Shown: positions 9,332-19,189, counted from the first letter of the stretch. The stretch: 64,000 nt of DNA from an uncultured Bacilli bacterium (GCA_934096125.1 CAKOLB010000001.1:75487-139486), one strand, 5' to 3'. Notes: a model not told the origin generated them from the letters alone. Numbers and translations are program-made.

Positions 9332-9478
9332 TTAAGACATTTTTTGCCATGAATTTTGTAAAGAACTACTGCTACTATTTTTATCTTTCGACTTATCTTT
9401 ATTCATCATCATACTATAGCCAGCAACAGCCATTCCACAAACTCCAATAACCCCCATCATTTTCATCATCGTCTTCAT
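9332..9478 (-). CDS. small membrane protein (48 aa), absent from the ORF track
   Basis: ATG at 9478 is preceded by AGAGGTG 6 nt upstream. Sequence MKTMMKMMGVIGVCGMAVAGYSMMMNKDKSKDKNSSSSSLQNSWQKMS*: one hydrophobic helix plus a polar tail. It lies just downstream of recD2. Confidence 0.45.
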   Translation of the reverse strand: MKTMMKMMGVIGVCGMAVAGYSMMMNKDKSKDKNSSSSSLQNSWQKMS

Positions 9479-9508
9479 GTATTTCACCTCTTACATTTAG
9501 TATAACCT

Positions 9509-11692
9509 TTAAACCTTTTCATATACTAAAGTAATTTGTTTTTTCAAACTAGTCTTTCTCTCTGATGAATAATTATTATTAACAGCTTCTTTAAAAATCA
9601 AAGGATCCCCTACAATTGTTAAGCTCTTTTTAGCTCTACTTACGCCCGTATACACTAGCTTATTATAAAGCATTCGGTAATAACTACTAGAAATAGGCAT
9701 AATAACATGTTCAAACTCACTTCCTTGGGATTTATGAATCGTAATAGCATAAGCATGCTTAATATTTTTAAGGTCCTTTTTTTCATACACAACAGTATTA
9801 CCTTCAAAATCAATAGTTATTTTATTATTAAATATATTACTAATAAACCCAATATCACCATTAAAAACTCCAGCATCTAAATTATTAACAAGTTGCAAAA
9901 CTTTATCTCCCTCTCTATAAATATAGTCCATATAAGTAATCTCTGCTCTTGTAACTGCTGAAGGATTATATTTTTTTTGCAAAATAACATTTAAATTATC
10001 AATTCCGTTATCGCCTCTATACATTGGAGCTAAAACTTGCATCTTTCTTTCATCAATTCCTTTTTTTATTGAGACATCTATTATCTTATCAATTGCATCT
10101 TTAATCTGCGTATTTTTCGCCTCAAAGAAAGAATAATCATCTCTTTTAACTAAAAAATCTTCACTCAAATCATTATTTTTAATCTCTTGTGCCAAAAAGG
10201 GAATGTAAGAGTTATCACTTTGCCGGTAAATTTTACCAAGAGGAACATAATTAAAATAATCACTTTCAATAAGGTCTTTTAAAACAAGACCCGGCCCTAC
10301 ACTTGGAAGTTGAAAAGTATCTCCCACCAATATAAGTTTGATATTTGGACTAATACCATCTAAAAGAGCACTAAAAAGCTCAATATCAATCATACTCACT
10401 TCATCAACAATAATCATTTTATGTTTAGTTTTATTAAACTCATTATAGAAAAAACCTTTACTATCTTTATACCATTTTAAATATCTATGAATAGTCGATG
10501 CTCCCATATTAGTGGATGTAGAAAGCTTCTTACTTGCTCTTCCTGTTGGAGCTAAAAGTGCTATATTATTCGCAGCATCAATCATCGATAATCTATTTTC
10601 TTCCATATAAAGTTGCACAATTGCATTTACTATTGTCGTCTTACCAGTTCCAGGACCTCCAGATATAATAGTTATATTATTATTAAGTGCAGTCTTAATC
10701 GCTTTTTTTTGGTCTTCATTATATTTTATATTAAGCATTTTTTCTAAAGAATTAATTTTTTCATCAAAATTTCTTATCTTTTTAGCATCATAACTATCTA
10801 TTTTTTTAAGCCTTTTCGCAACATTTATCTCTAACTCATAATATTTTTTTAGATATATTTTCTCACCATCAACATATATATCATTTCTTTCTTTTAAATC
10901 ATCAACAGCCTCTAAAAATGCATCCCCAAGCAGTTCTATATTAAACTCTTTTAAAAGCTTTTCCTTTATTTCTTTTTCAAAGTAGTAAGTATCTCCTAAA
11001 TTATCGCTTAGTATCTGCATACTTTGTAGTAAACAAGCATAAATCCGTGTTTCAGTTAAATCTCCATAATTTTTAATATAAATATTATCTAGCTTATGAA
11101 ATTCAATAACTTCTTTCAAGGCAAAAAAATCTTTTTCAAGTACTTCATCTAACTCATCTTTAAAATGGTTATAAATGCGGGAACACTCATCAATTGAAAA
11201 ACCTAAATCTTGAAGTTTTAATATCGTTTTACTTTCTTTATTAAAATTTTGAAGTGAGTTATATATTTTCTCGCATCTTTTCAAAGTCATTCCTTCAACT
11301 TTTAAAAGTTTACTTTTATCGCCACTAATTATATCTATCGTTTTATCTCCAAAAACATCATAAATCTTTTGCGCCGTCACTGAGCCACATCCATCCACAA
11401 AAGAACTTGATAAAAATTCAATTATCGCATCTTTTGTAGTAGGTTTCATGCCTTCTGACCTTTGCACTGCAAACTGCAAACCGAATCGCTCATTGTTTAT
11501 GTAATCACCGTATAAAATTAAGGAAAGGTCAAGATACACATTCAAAAAAGTACCTGTTACTGTAATAGTTTTATTTACTTTATCTTTATGAGCAGCTATA
11601 TTAGTTTCTTTTACCCGAAATAAAGCAACCAAGTAACCAGTATCATTATTTTGAAATATTATCTTTTTTATTTTACCTTTAATATAATTCAT
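9509..11692 (-). CDS. recD2: ATP-dependent RecD2-like SF1B DNA helicase
   Basis: 727 aa. Walker A ISGGPGTGKTT, DEVSMID, and C-terminal AYAITIHKSQGSEF...VYTGVSRAK motifs. Confidence 0.9.
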   Translation of the reverse strand: MNYIKGKIKKIIFQNNDTGYLVALFRVKETNIAAHKDKVNKTITVTGTFLNVYLDLSLILYGDYINNERFGLQFAVQRSEGMKPTTKDAIIEFLSSSFVDGCGSVTAQKIYDVFGDKTIDIISGDKSKLLKVEGMTLKRCEKIYNSLQNFNKESKTILKLQDLGFSIDECSRIYNHFKDELDEVLEKDFFALKEVIEFHKLDNIYIKNYGDLTETRIYACLLQSMQILSDNLGDTYYFEKEIKEKLLKEFNIELLGDAFLEAVDDLKERNDIYVDGEKIYLKKYYELEINVAKRLKKIDSYDAKKIRNFDEKINSLEKMLNIKYNEDQKKAIKTALNNNITIISGGPGTGKTTIVNAIVQLYMEENRLSMIDAANNIALLAPTGRASKKLSTSTNMGASTIHRYLKWYKDSKGFFYNEFNKTKHKMIIVDEVSMIDIELFSALLDGISPNIKLILVGDTFQLPSVGPGLVLKDLIESDYFNYVPLGKIYRQSDNSYIPFLAQEIKNNDLSEDFLVKRDDYSFFEAKNTQIKDAIDKIIDVSIKKGIDERKMQVLAPMYRGDNGIDNLNVILQKKYNPSAVTRAEITYMDYIYREGDKVLQLVNNLDAGVFNGDIGFISNIFNNKITIDFEGNTVVYEKKDLKNIKHAYAITIHKSQGSEFEHVIMPISSSYYRMLYNKLVYTGVSRAKKSLTIVGDPLIFKEAVNNNYSSERKTSLKKQITLVYEKV

Positions 11693-12927
11693 ATTACCCT
11701 TTCATAAATATTTCCAACCTTTAAATCTTCATCAACACAGACCTTTAAATAGTTGCTAGTATGCCCAACCGATTTACCATTATCATTTTCTTCAATTAGT
11801 ACATCAAGCATCTTCCCCTTAAAGTTATTATAATATTTATCCTCCAGTTCGTGACTTACTTCAATTAACTTTCGAGCCCGCATTTTCTTCACATTCCCTG
11901 GGACTTGCTCGGGCATATTCGCCGCTGCCGTACCTTGTCTTACTGAAAAAGGAAAAACATGAATTTTGGCAAAGTTCATCTTTGTAACACAATTAACAGT
12001 TTCCAAAAATAATTCATCAGTTTCATAAGGATGCCCAACAATCACATCTGTTGTAATTGATATATCCGGGCGTACACTTCTAATTTTCCTTAGCATTTCC
12101 TCAAAGTATTCAAGATTATATTTTCTATTCATTTTCTTAAGTATTTCATCAGACCCAGCTTGCAAAGGAATATGTAAATGATTACAAAATTTTGGCGTAA
12201 CCTCCATCATCTTCAAAAACTTATCATCAAGCTCAGTTATCTCAATACTAGAAAGCCTTATCCGCTCTAAGCCCTCTATTTTTGCAAGCTGCTTAATAAG
12301 GTCAGTCAAAGTATGATTACCACTATTATATCTTCCAGTATGAATTCCAGTTAGTACGATTTCTTTATGACCACTTTTAGCTAAAGCTACGGCCTCTTTA
12401 ATAACTAAATCATAATCTTTAGAACGCACACTTCCCCTAACATATGGAATAATGCAGTAAGAACAAAAATTATCACAACCATCTTCAATTTTAATATAAG
12501 CCCTGACATGATTAAAATCTGAAAGCATCATATTTTCAAACTCTAAATTTCTATCATTATAAAACATTTCCACTTTTTTCTTATTCTCAGTATAATCCTT
12601 AACTAACATATCAATCTTACTTTTCCCATTATTACCAAGTAAAACATCTGCTCCAAGTCCTTTATATACATCTTGTTTATTTTGAGTACTACAACCCACT
12701 AAAACCAAAATAACTCCCGGCTTTTCTCTTTTAATCTTTCTAATTTCTTTCAAGCACTTCCGGTCAGCAACATTTGTAACAGAACAAGTATTAACAATAA
12801 TTATATCAGCCTTTTCATAACTATCACAGTATAAAAAACCAGCAGAAATCATTTTCTCTTTCATTGCTTCTGATTCATACTGATTAACTTTACATCCAAA
12901 CGTTATAATATTAAATAACATAACCAT
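11689..12927 (-). CDS. mtaB: radical-SAM methylthiotransferase MtaB (YqeV-like)
   Basis: An N-terminal UPF0004 domain (GCKVNQYESEAM), the radical SAM motif CDNFCSYCIIP, and a C-terminal TRAM-like tail. Confidence 0.85.
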   Translation of the reverse strand: MVMLFNIITFGCKVNQYESEAMKEKMISAGFLYCDSYEKADIIIVNTCSVTNVADRKCLKEIRKIKREKPGVILVLVGCSTQNKQDVYKGLGADVLLGNNGKSKIDMLVKDYTENKKKVEMFYNDRNLEFENMMLSDFNHVRAYIKIEDGCDNFCSYCIIPYVRGSVRSKDYDLVIKEAVALAKSGHKEIVLTGIHTGRYNSGNHTLTDLIKQLAKIEGLERIRLSSIEITELDDKFLKMMEVTPKFCNHLHIPLQAGSDEILKKMNRKYNLEYFEEMLRKIRSVRPDISITTDVIVGHPYETDELFLETVNCVTKMNFAKIHVFPFSVRQGTAAANMPEQVPGNVKKMRARKLIEVSHELEDKYYNNFKGKMLDVLIEENDNGKSVGHTSNYLKVCVDEDLKVGNIYERVI

Positions 12928-13410
12928 CTACCCCAATTCTTGTTGCAATTGTTTTAAAGCCTGCAAAAAAGCTTCTTCCTTAGCAAAACTAATAACTCTA
13001 ACTTCAATACTAGCCATATTTTCTTGTTTTTTATTAAATAGATTATCCAAATCAACTTGTTTAACCGTTAAATCATCAATATTTTTTTCTTCTACATAAT
13101 TAAGATCATAATTATTACTTTTCTTAACTAGTTCATCATAACTAATAATTGCTTTATTTTCCTGTTCTTTTTCATAATCGGTAAACTGCACAGTTTTATT
13201 TTCCCCATTCATACTATCTTTTAAATCCCTTACTATTCTCATCTCTGCTGTTTCTTCGCAAGTTTTCTTTTTAAACTCTCCATCATTAATTTTAATAAAA
13301 TAAATAAGTGTAATAACTAATATCATTAGTATTAAAACTGCCAAAAAGAAAACGACATCTACAAATCTAAGTGCCAGCAAAAAATTCCCTATATCACTAA
13401 ATATTCTCAT
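12928..13410 (-). CDS. membrane-anchored hypothetical protein
   Basis: 160 aa with an N-terminal TM helix and a charged C-terminal region. Translationally abutted to mtaB. Confidence 0.5.
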   Translation of the reverse strand: MRIFSDIGNFLLALRFVDVVFFLAVLILMILVITLIYFIKINDGEFKKKTCEETAEMRIVRDLKDSMNGENKTVQFTDYEKEQENKAIISYDELVKKSNNYDLNYVEEKNIDDLTVKQVDLDNLFNKKQENMASIEVRVISFAKEEAFLQALKQLQQELG

Positions 13411-13543
13411 ACCTTATCACCACACTTTAATCTTATCATATTTTGTCAAATTTTACACTACCTTACCAAAATTTGACACTTTAGATTGTCAATAAGACAC
13501 TCATTAAATTTAGGCTTATCTTACCACAAAAGAGCTTAGCATG

Positions 13544-13577
13544 CAAGAAAAAAACATTGAGTATGCCTCAACGTTTT
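13544..13577 (-). terminator. intrinsic terminator after the 403-aa surface protein gene (bidirectional shape)
   Basis: AACATTGAG-tatgc-CTCAACGTT stem (9 bp, one mismatch), flanked by an A-run and a T-run directly after the stop at 13578. Confidence 0.6.
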
Positions 13578-14789
13578 TTAATTTTCAGTAATAATGGTAT
13601 AAGGATCTTCTTGCGTTCCACTTCCCATAACTTTAGCATTTCTTATTATATTTAAAACAGGTCTAATATCTTTAACTTGAACCCCAGTATCACTTGCACT
13701 AAGTGCCCCGCTCCCAGTTACACTAAACGGACTATAAACCCCATTATTAAAGCTTGCACTAGTCATCGTAAAATATCCTTTTTGCACATTAGAATTATAA
13801 AGGAAATAACTAGTATTGTCTGTAAATCCAGCTCCTGCATACATTACCTCATCCGCAGTAAGTAGTCCTACTTTCGCATTACTTAGAGTCCCTAAACATG
13901 TATAATTAGGTATCTTATTTGTAACTATTCGATAATAAGCTGTAAAAGTTGTATTATCTTTTTCCAAAACTTTATCATTACAGAATTTATAATAAGCGAT
14001 AAAATCTCCATATTTTTGTAAATTATTTTTATACCAAAGATCAAGTACTGAAGCCTGTGGCGTATCTAAATAATCAGTTGTATCCTCATAATACTTACTT
14101 TGATTATCAATAACTCCATCAAGTATAAGTTTAACTGAGCCATCACCATTAATTTTTACCACACGCCACACTTTATCAGCAAAAGACACATAATTATTTA
14201 AAACATTCCCCCGAAAATAATAAGCAGTTCCTAAATCATCAGTGCTTTTAATTAGTCCTTCATCTAAAGTAGCAATATCTCCAAACTTAGTAACAGCACT
14301 TTCCTTTATTTCATTATTCTTTAACAGTACTTCCATAAAAGTATTTTCTTCATTATTTTTAACACCTACTATTATAGAGCCAGAATATTCTTTTTTATTA
14401 TCAGTTTTAAACTTTATCGTATAATTCTGTGTTTCATTTCCATTTATAGATACTTGATTAGAAATTATATCAGACTTAAGCTGATTAGTAATTTCCAAAT
14501 TATCCGATGACTTAAGTTCATAACTTACATCTTTTGCATAAACATCCGTCAACTGAATATAATAAAACTTTTGAGAATTATCATTATTAGTAACCGAAAA
14601 CTCAACTTCACCATTTCCATTTAATTTAAAATCTTTTCCGCTTAAATAATTTATCGTGATGTCACCATCCACAACAATATCAGCATTCACTGGTTCTTCA
14701 TCATAAAACAGGTAACCAATGCCAATTCCAAACAAACCTATAATTAACAAAAGTATTACCCCAAGTGCCGATTTAAATCTCATTCTCAT
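13578..14789 (-). CDS. signal-anchored secreted/surface protein, paralog family member 1
   Basis: N-terminal TM/signal (LLLIIGLFGIGIGYLFYDEEP). The C-terminal module (WRVVKINGDGSVKLI ... GLLTADEV ... YFTMTS ... IRPVLNI ... GSGTQEDPYTI) is shared in pattern with ORFs 14889-16415 and 26876-28426. Confidence 0.65.
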   Translation of the reverse strand: MRMRFKSALGVILLLIIGLFGIGIGYLFYDEEPVNADIVVDGDITINYLSGKDFKLNGNGEVEFSVTNNDNSQKFYYIQLTDVYAKDVSYELKSSDNLEITNQLKSDIISNQVSINGNETQNYTIKFKTDNKKEYSGSIIVGVKNNEENTFMEVLLKNNEIKESAVTKFGDIATLDEGLIKSTDDLGTAYYFRGNVLNNYVSFADKVWRVVKINGDGSVKLILDGVIDNQSKYYEDTTDYLDTPQASVLDLWYKNNLQKYGDFIAYYKFCNDKVLEKDNTTFTAYYRIVTNKIPNYTCLGTLSNAKVGLLTADEVMYAGAGFTDNTSYFLYNSNVQKGYFTMTSASFNNGVYSPFSVTGSGALSASDTGVQVKDIRPVLNIIRNAKVMGSGTQEDPYTIITEN

Positions 14790-14823
14790 AGATGTAACCC
14801 TTCCCTTTACTTTTCTTAATTCA

Positions 14824-14852
14824 AGTATACTTTAGTATATTTTTCTTGTCAA
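14824..14852 (-). promoter_or_regulatory. sigma-A-like promoter for the 403-aa gene
   Basis: Minus strand TTGACA-17 nt-TATACT. Confidence 0.5.
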
Positions 14853-14888
14853 TAAATAGTTAAGAGTTTTGCCCTTATTTTCTCAAAA

Positions 14889-16415
14889 TTATACAACAAT
14901 TCTAATGGGATTTGAATGAGTTCCTGCACCTGATTCGTAAGTTACAGAATTAACTAAATTAAATACAGGCCGGACCACATACGCCTTAGACGCACGGCTG
15001 CTGTCCACAAACCCAGACGCATACACAACGAACACAGGAAACGCATAGTCCGAATACCGGGAAATAGTCCATTCATAACTACCGCCATTATATAGCCAGT
15101 TTTCTTTAATTCCTTTTCGGATGTCTTCTCCATTATACTTCCAACCAGGCAATGACCAATATTTTGGACTTGCTGCAAAACCATAGTCACTTGCATACAT
15201 GAGTCCTATTTTTGCACTATAAGTAGTACTAGCATTCGTCGTCATTTCTTTTGAGTACATGTTCTTTATTCCTGCAGTCGAAGCCATTGACCTATCAGCT
15301 CCTCCGACTTGCCATGTTGTTGTGGCAATTTTACCAGCCCAAGTTGTTCCTATTTTATTTATGAAATTTTTATTTAAGTTAGTTTTATTAAGTAAACTTG
15401 TACTCCAGTCATTTGAACCATCTCCTTGATTTATTGTTGTGTTTGCTTTGTAATTCCAGCTATATTCCGTACTTGAACTATAATCTCCATCAGCGCCAAG
15501 TAAAGTACTGCTTGCAACTGTGGCTTTAATAAGTTTCACTTGTCCACTTTTTACATAGATTATTCGGTATAGATTATCTGCTGGACATGGACTTGCAGTT
15601 GAACCAAAGCATACATAATTGTCGGGATTTGCTCCTGAATATCTGTAAGAGTCATCTTCTGCTCCTAGTATAAGTGATGCATCATGGTGATAAATACTTG
15701 CTGCTTGACCATATTTTGTACTTAGCGTTGTAAGACATGTTGCAAGGTTACTTCCATTTGTGCATCCGCTTGTTGCTAACGTATATTGTGAATTTTTGCT
15801 TATTTGGAGTACACCAGTAAAGCTCTTACCAGCATTACTGGTTTGGTCTCTATCTAAGTTAACTAAAGTAACTTGCACTTTCCAATTATCTGTTTTATTT
15901 GGAGATGCTGATATTTCATAATAATCAGCTATTTTTATTGGGCCAGTATAAGTTGTGATATCAAAGCCACTTCCACCACCAGAAGTTACATAATTCATCC
16001 CATCAAGCTCTGTTACAACCGTCCCTGTTGGGTCTGTGATGGTTAGAAGTAATTCTGCAGAATTATCAGATGTTGTGTATATGAATGGATTATTAGTAAT
16101 ATTAAAGTAAAGATAGTAATGTTCTGTTGCTTTATTTGTCGCATTATTAGCTGTTAGCAAGGCTGTGGCTGTAGTACTACCTGTCACATTACCCTTGCCA
16201 ATTGCAAATGATGTTTGATCGGCTGTTAATGCAATAGATGAACCCACACTAAAAGATAAGTTATCAGTTGTAGATGTTTGCACCCTAACGCTACTGTTTG
16301 TAGAAGCCTCGCCTTGAGCCACAAAGTATGCATATGTTGCTCCACCAATTAACAGCAATAAAGTCCCCATTACGAGTAAAACTCCAAAGTTTCGTTCTTT
16401 CTCCATTTTAGCCAT
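14889..16415 (-). CDS. secreted/surface protein, paralog family member 2, with TasA/SipW-type signal-peptide-like N-terminus
   Basis: The N-terminus LLLLIGGATYAYFVAQ resembles the SipW-cognate signal motif (GGT.AYF). The C-terminal roughly 270 aa align closely with ORF 26876-28426 (YRYSG...NYVCFGST.SPCP.DNLYRII...AKIGLMYASDYGFAA...EWTISRYS...AYVVRP). Strong RBS AAGGAG. Confidence 0.7.
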   Translation of the reverse strand: MAKMEKERNFGVLLVMGTLLLLIGGATYAYFVAQGEASTNSSVRVQTSTTDNLSFSVGSSIALTADQTSFAIGKGNVTGSTTATALLTANNATNKATEHYYLYFNITNNPFIYTTSDNSAELLLTITDPTGTVVTELDGMNYVTSGGGSGFDITTYTGPIKIADYYEISASPNKTDNWKVQVTLVNLDRDQTSNAGKSFTGVLQISKNSQYTLATSGCTNGSNLATCLTTLSTKYGQAASIYHHDASLILGAEDDSYRYSGANPDNYVCFGSTASPCPADNLYRIIYVKSGQVKLIKATVASSTLLGADGDYSSSTEYSWNYKANTTINQGDGSNDWSTSLLNKTNLNKNFINKIGTTWAGKIATTTWQVGGADRSMASTAGIKNMYSKEMTTNASTTYSAKIGLMYASDYGFAASPKYWSLPGWKYNGEDIRKGIKENWLYNGGSYEWTISRYSDYAFPVFVVYASGFVDSSRASKAYVVRPVFNLVNSVTYESGAGTHSNPIRIVV

Positions 16416-16471
16416 AATATCCCATCTCCTTAACTTGTTTTAGGTTATACAATACAATTATAACGTGTTTT

Positions 16472-16491
16472 AAGTTATAACACAATAACTT
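16472..16491. promoter_or_regulatory. palindromic operator candidate in the divergent XRE/surface-protein intergenic region
   Basis: AAGTTAT-N6-ATAACTT is a perfect inverted repeat. It is embedded in three direct TTTTARGTTRT repeats (16438, 16468, 16493). Confidence 0.4.
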
Positions 16492-16526
16492 ATTTTAAGT
16501 TGTGATATCTTTAAACAGGTGAAATC

Positions 16527-16781
16527 ATGAACAGACTAAAAGAATTACGAGAAGACAAAGACTTATTTCAAAAAGACCTAGCAAAGATACTTAAAATGAG
16601 CCAAACTGGATACTCTCAATATGAAACTGAAACTAATGATATTCCCACAGAAATTTTAAAAAAACTAGCCGATTTTTATAATACTTCTATCGACTATTTA
16701 TTATATAGAACTGATGAACGCAGACCATATGCTAAATCGCTTATAGAAAAAGACAAAAAGGATAAAATATCTAAACGATAA
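16527..16781 (+). CDS. XRE-family helix-turn-helix transcriptional regulator
   Basis: 84 aa. The sequence LKELREDKDLFQKDLAKILKMSQTGYSQYETETNDIPTEILKKLADFYNTSIDYLL is a classic HTH_3/Cro-C1 pattern. It is divergent from the 508-aa surface protein gene. Confidence 0.85.
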   Translation: MNRLKELREDKDLFQKDLAKILKMSQTGYSQYETETNDIPTEILKKLADFYNTSIDYLLYRTDERRPYAKSLIEKDKKDKISKR

Positions 16782-16791
16782 ATTATCCTTT

Positions 16792-17913
16792 TTATAAGTA
16801 TTTTTTAAAGTTTTTAAACTCAGAACTATCTTCCAAATTTGTTTTCCGTAAATCTTCTAATAAAGCTTTTTGTTTTCGATCAAGTTTTGTTGGGGTAATA
16901 ATATTAATTACTGCATACATATTGCCTCGTCCAAAACTATTCGGTGTTTTAATACCTTTACCTTTAATTTTAAGTTTCGTATAATTTTGAGTTCCCGCCT
17001 TTATATCAAGTATAATATTTCCTTGTAAAGTTGGAATTTCTTTTTTTATTCCCAAAGCTGCATCTACAATTGTAATTGGCACTTCCAAGTAAATATCCGC
17101 TCCATCTCTTTCAAACAAAGGATGTTCTTTTATTTTAAACTCGATAAATACATCACCATTGGCACCACCATGCATACCAGCATTTCCTTTACCACTTAAA
17201 CGAAGTTGAAAGCCCTCATCAACCCCTTCCGGAATGGTCACAGTTAAAGTCTTAACTTTTTCAACTATTCCTCTGCCATGACAAACATCACATTCTCGTG
17301 CGTAAGTATTGCCACTTCCTTTACAATCTGGACAAATTTTACTAGTTTGCATATAGCCAAAGATAGTTTGTTGTTCTTGAAGCACTTTCCCAGAACCGCC
17401 ACAAGTTTTACATCTTTGCTTATCAAAACCACCTTCACCATGACAACTTGTACAAGCAGCAGTTAAATTAAGTTTAATATCTTTTTCAGTTCCAAAAGCA
17501 GCTTCTTCAAATGTTAAATTTAAAACAACTCTAATATCCTTTCCTTTTGCTCTACTTGATGTGCTTCTTGAACTTCGGCCAAAACCACCAAAGCCACTAA
17601 AGCCTCCACCAAACAAATCACTCAAGATATCATCTAAATTAATATCACCCATATCAAAGCCACCAAAACCACTACCAGCTGTGCCTCCATTTTGGAAGGC
17701 TGCACTACCAAATTGGTCATATTGTCTTCTCTTATTGGCATCAGACAAAACAGCATAAGCTTCACCAATTTCTTTAAACTTTTCTTCCGCTCCAGGTTCT
17801 TTATTTAAATCAGGATGATATTGTTTAGCAAGTTTTCTAAATGCTCTTTTTATCTCTTCATCAGTAGCCGTTTTTGAAACTCCTAAAATATCATAATAAT
17901 CTTTTTTATTCAT
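16792..17913 (-). CDS. dnaJ: molecular chaperone DnaJ
   Basis: J domain (DYYDILGV...HPD), G/F-rich linker, and four CxxCxGxG zinc motifs. Confidence 0.97.
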   Translation of the reverse strand: MNKKDYYDILGVSKTATDEEIKRAFRKLAKQYHPDLNKEPGAEEKFKEIGEAYAVLSDANKRRQYDQFGSAAFQNGGTAGSGFGGFDMGDINLDDILSDLFGGGFSGFGGFGRSSRSTSSRAKGKDIRVVLNLTFEEAAFGTEKDIKLNLTAACTSCHGEGGFDKQRCKTCGGSGKVLQEQQTIFGYMQTSKICPDCKGSGNTYARECDVCHGRGIVEKVKTLTVTIPEGVDEGFQLRLSGKGNAGMHGGANGDVFIEFKIKEHPLFERDGADIYLEVPITIVDAALGIKKEIPTLQGNIILDIKAGTQNYTKLKIKGKGIKTPNSFGRGNMYAVINIITPTKLDRKQKALLEDLRKTNLEDSSEFKNFKKYL

Positions 17914-17917
17914 ACAA

Positions 17918-19189
17918 TCATCTCTTTCCTGTTACAACTATATTATCTATAAGTAAATCTGGCGCTAAAACGCTTAGACTTACCGGCCTAATACTACTTC
18001 CAACTTCCACTACATTATTAAATAGTTCTAAAAAGTTAGTTGTAAGTATTACCATATTTAACCCTTTAATCATTTTTCCATCCTTAACAAACATTCCTTC
18101 AGCTTGCAAAGAAATATTTCCACTTAGTAAATTTATTCCTGAGTGAAGTCCATATAACTCATCAATCACAATACCATTATCTAGATCCTTCAAAAGTTCA
18201 TCAAACGTCTTTTTCCCCGGCATAATATACAAATTGTTAATCGAACCAGCATTACCAGTCGGTTCTTCATCAAGCTTCAAAGCATATTCTAAATTATTTA
18301 GTTTCTTTATAAACTTCCCGTTTTCCACAATAACTTGATTTTTTTTCAAAGTCCCTTCATTATCAAAAGCAACACTTCTTATACCTTTTTTAGGCTCTTC
18401 CACAATACTTATTTTATCACTAAATACTTTTTCTCCAATTTTATTTGTCAAAATAGACTCTTGCAAAAATATATTTTTACTCATAAACGAAGGCAAAAAG
18501 GCAGTCAAAATACTAGCAACAGCATTACCAGTTAAAATAATTTTATACTTATCAGTTTTAACAGACTCACTATCAAGCTTCAAAAGCCCTACATCAATTT
18601 TTTCTAAAATATAGTTTATAAAACTTTCCATATCATAGCATTTAGTATAGTAGGAAATATATATAACTCTTTTAGTATCATCTTTAGCTAAAGTCACCGT
18701 CGCATAATATTCGTTATAATATGTACTTTCTTTAAGGGCACAAGACTCATTATCAATTTGTTTTTCTTCTTTATAATTTGTATATCCGACTTCTATATTC
18801 TCTATCTCTTTATATTTATCTTTTATTTTATCTAAAGCAAGAACATCTTTTCTCACGTTAGAAAAATCTATTACTTCTGCTTCTTCTGTAAAACATTCAT
18901 TACCTTGGCAAAAACGATTCTCATTATCATTATCAGTTAATGAAAATATTTTAAGTAAGTTAGCAATTATCCTTTCCGGCTCATTTAAACTCTCAAGAGC
19001 AATTTTTATACACTTACCATCTTTAATAGCTTTAATAATATATGAAGAAATATCATCAGTTTGAAAAAGTTTTAGTTTTCCATTCAAGGCATTTATGCTT
19101 GTCCTTTTACACCTTTCCATCGTTATTTCTACCAAAATATCTTTCTCTTTTGCACTAGCAATAAGTTTATTCTTCATTTTTACCTCCAA
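17918..19189 (-). CDS. pmbA: PmbA/TldE-like metalloprotease subunit (peptidase U62)
   Basis: 423 aa with a TldD/PmbA-fold C-terminus ([14 protein letters not shown]...[19 protein letters not shown]). Overlaps tldD. Confidence 0.75.
   Translation of the reverse strand: MEVKMKNKLIASAKEKDILVEITMERCKRTSINALNGKLKLFQTDDISSYIIKAIKDGKCIKIALESLNEPERIIANLLKIFSLTDNDNENRFCQGNECFTEEAEVIDFSNVRKDVLALDKIKDKYKEIENIEVGYTNYKEEKQIDNESCALKESTYYNEYYATVTLAKDDTKRVIYISYYTKCYDMESFINYILEKIDVGLLKLDSESVKTDKYKIILTGNAVASILTAFLPSFMSKNIFLQESILTNKIGEKVFSDKISIVEEPKKGIRSVAFDNEGTLKKNQVIVENGKFIKKLNNLEYALKLDEEPTGNAGSINNLYIMPGKKTFDELLKDLDNGIVIDELYGLHSGINLLSGNISLQAEGMFVKDGKMIKGLNMVILTTNFLELFNNVVEVGSSIRPVSLSVLAPDLLIDNIVVTGKR

Noticed and set aside
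14968-15062. Diversity-generating retroelement variable region as the explanation for the GC-rich variable patch at the 3' end of the surface genes.
   Set aside because: No reverse transcriptase or template repeat is present in the window. Differences between the two copies are not confined to adenine positions. The patch is kept only as a compositional anomaly.
14954-15196. Track ORF of 80 aa nested in another frame of the 508-aa gene.
   Set aside because: It stays open only because the local GC-rich patch lacks stop codons. It has no RBS and lies entirely inside a well-supported CDS.
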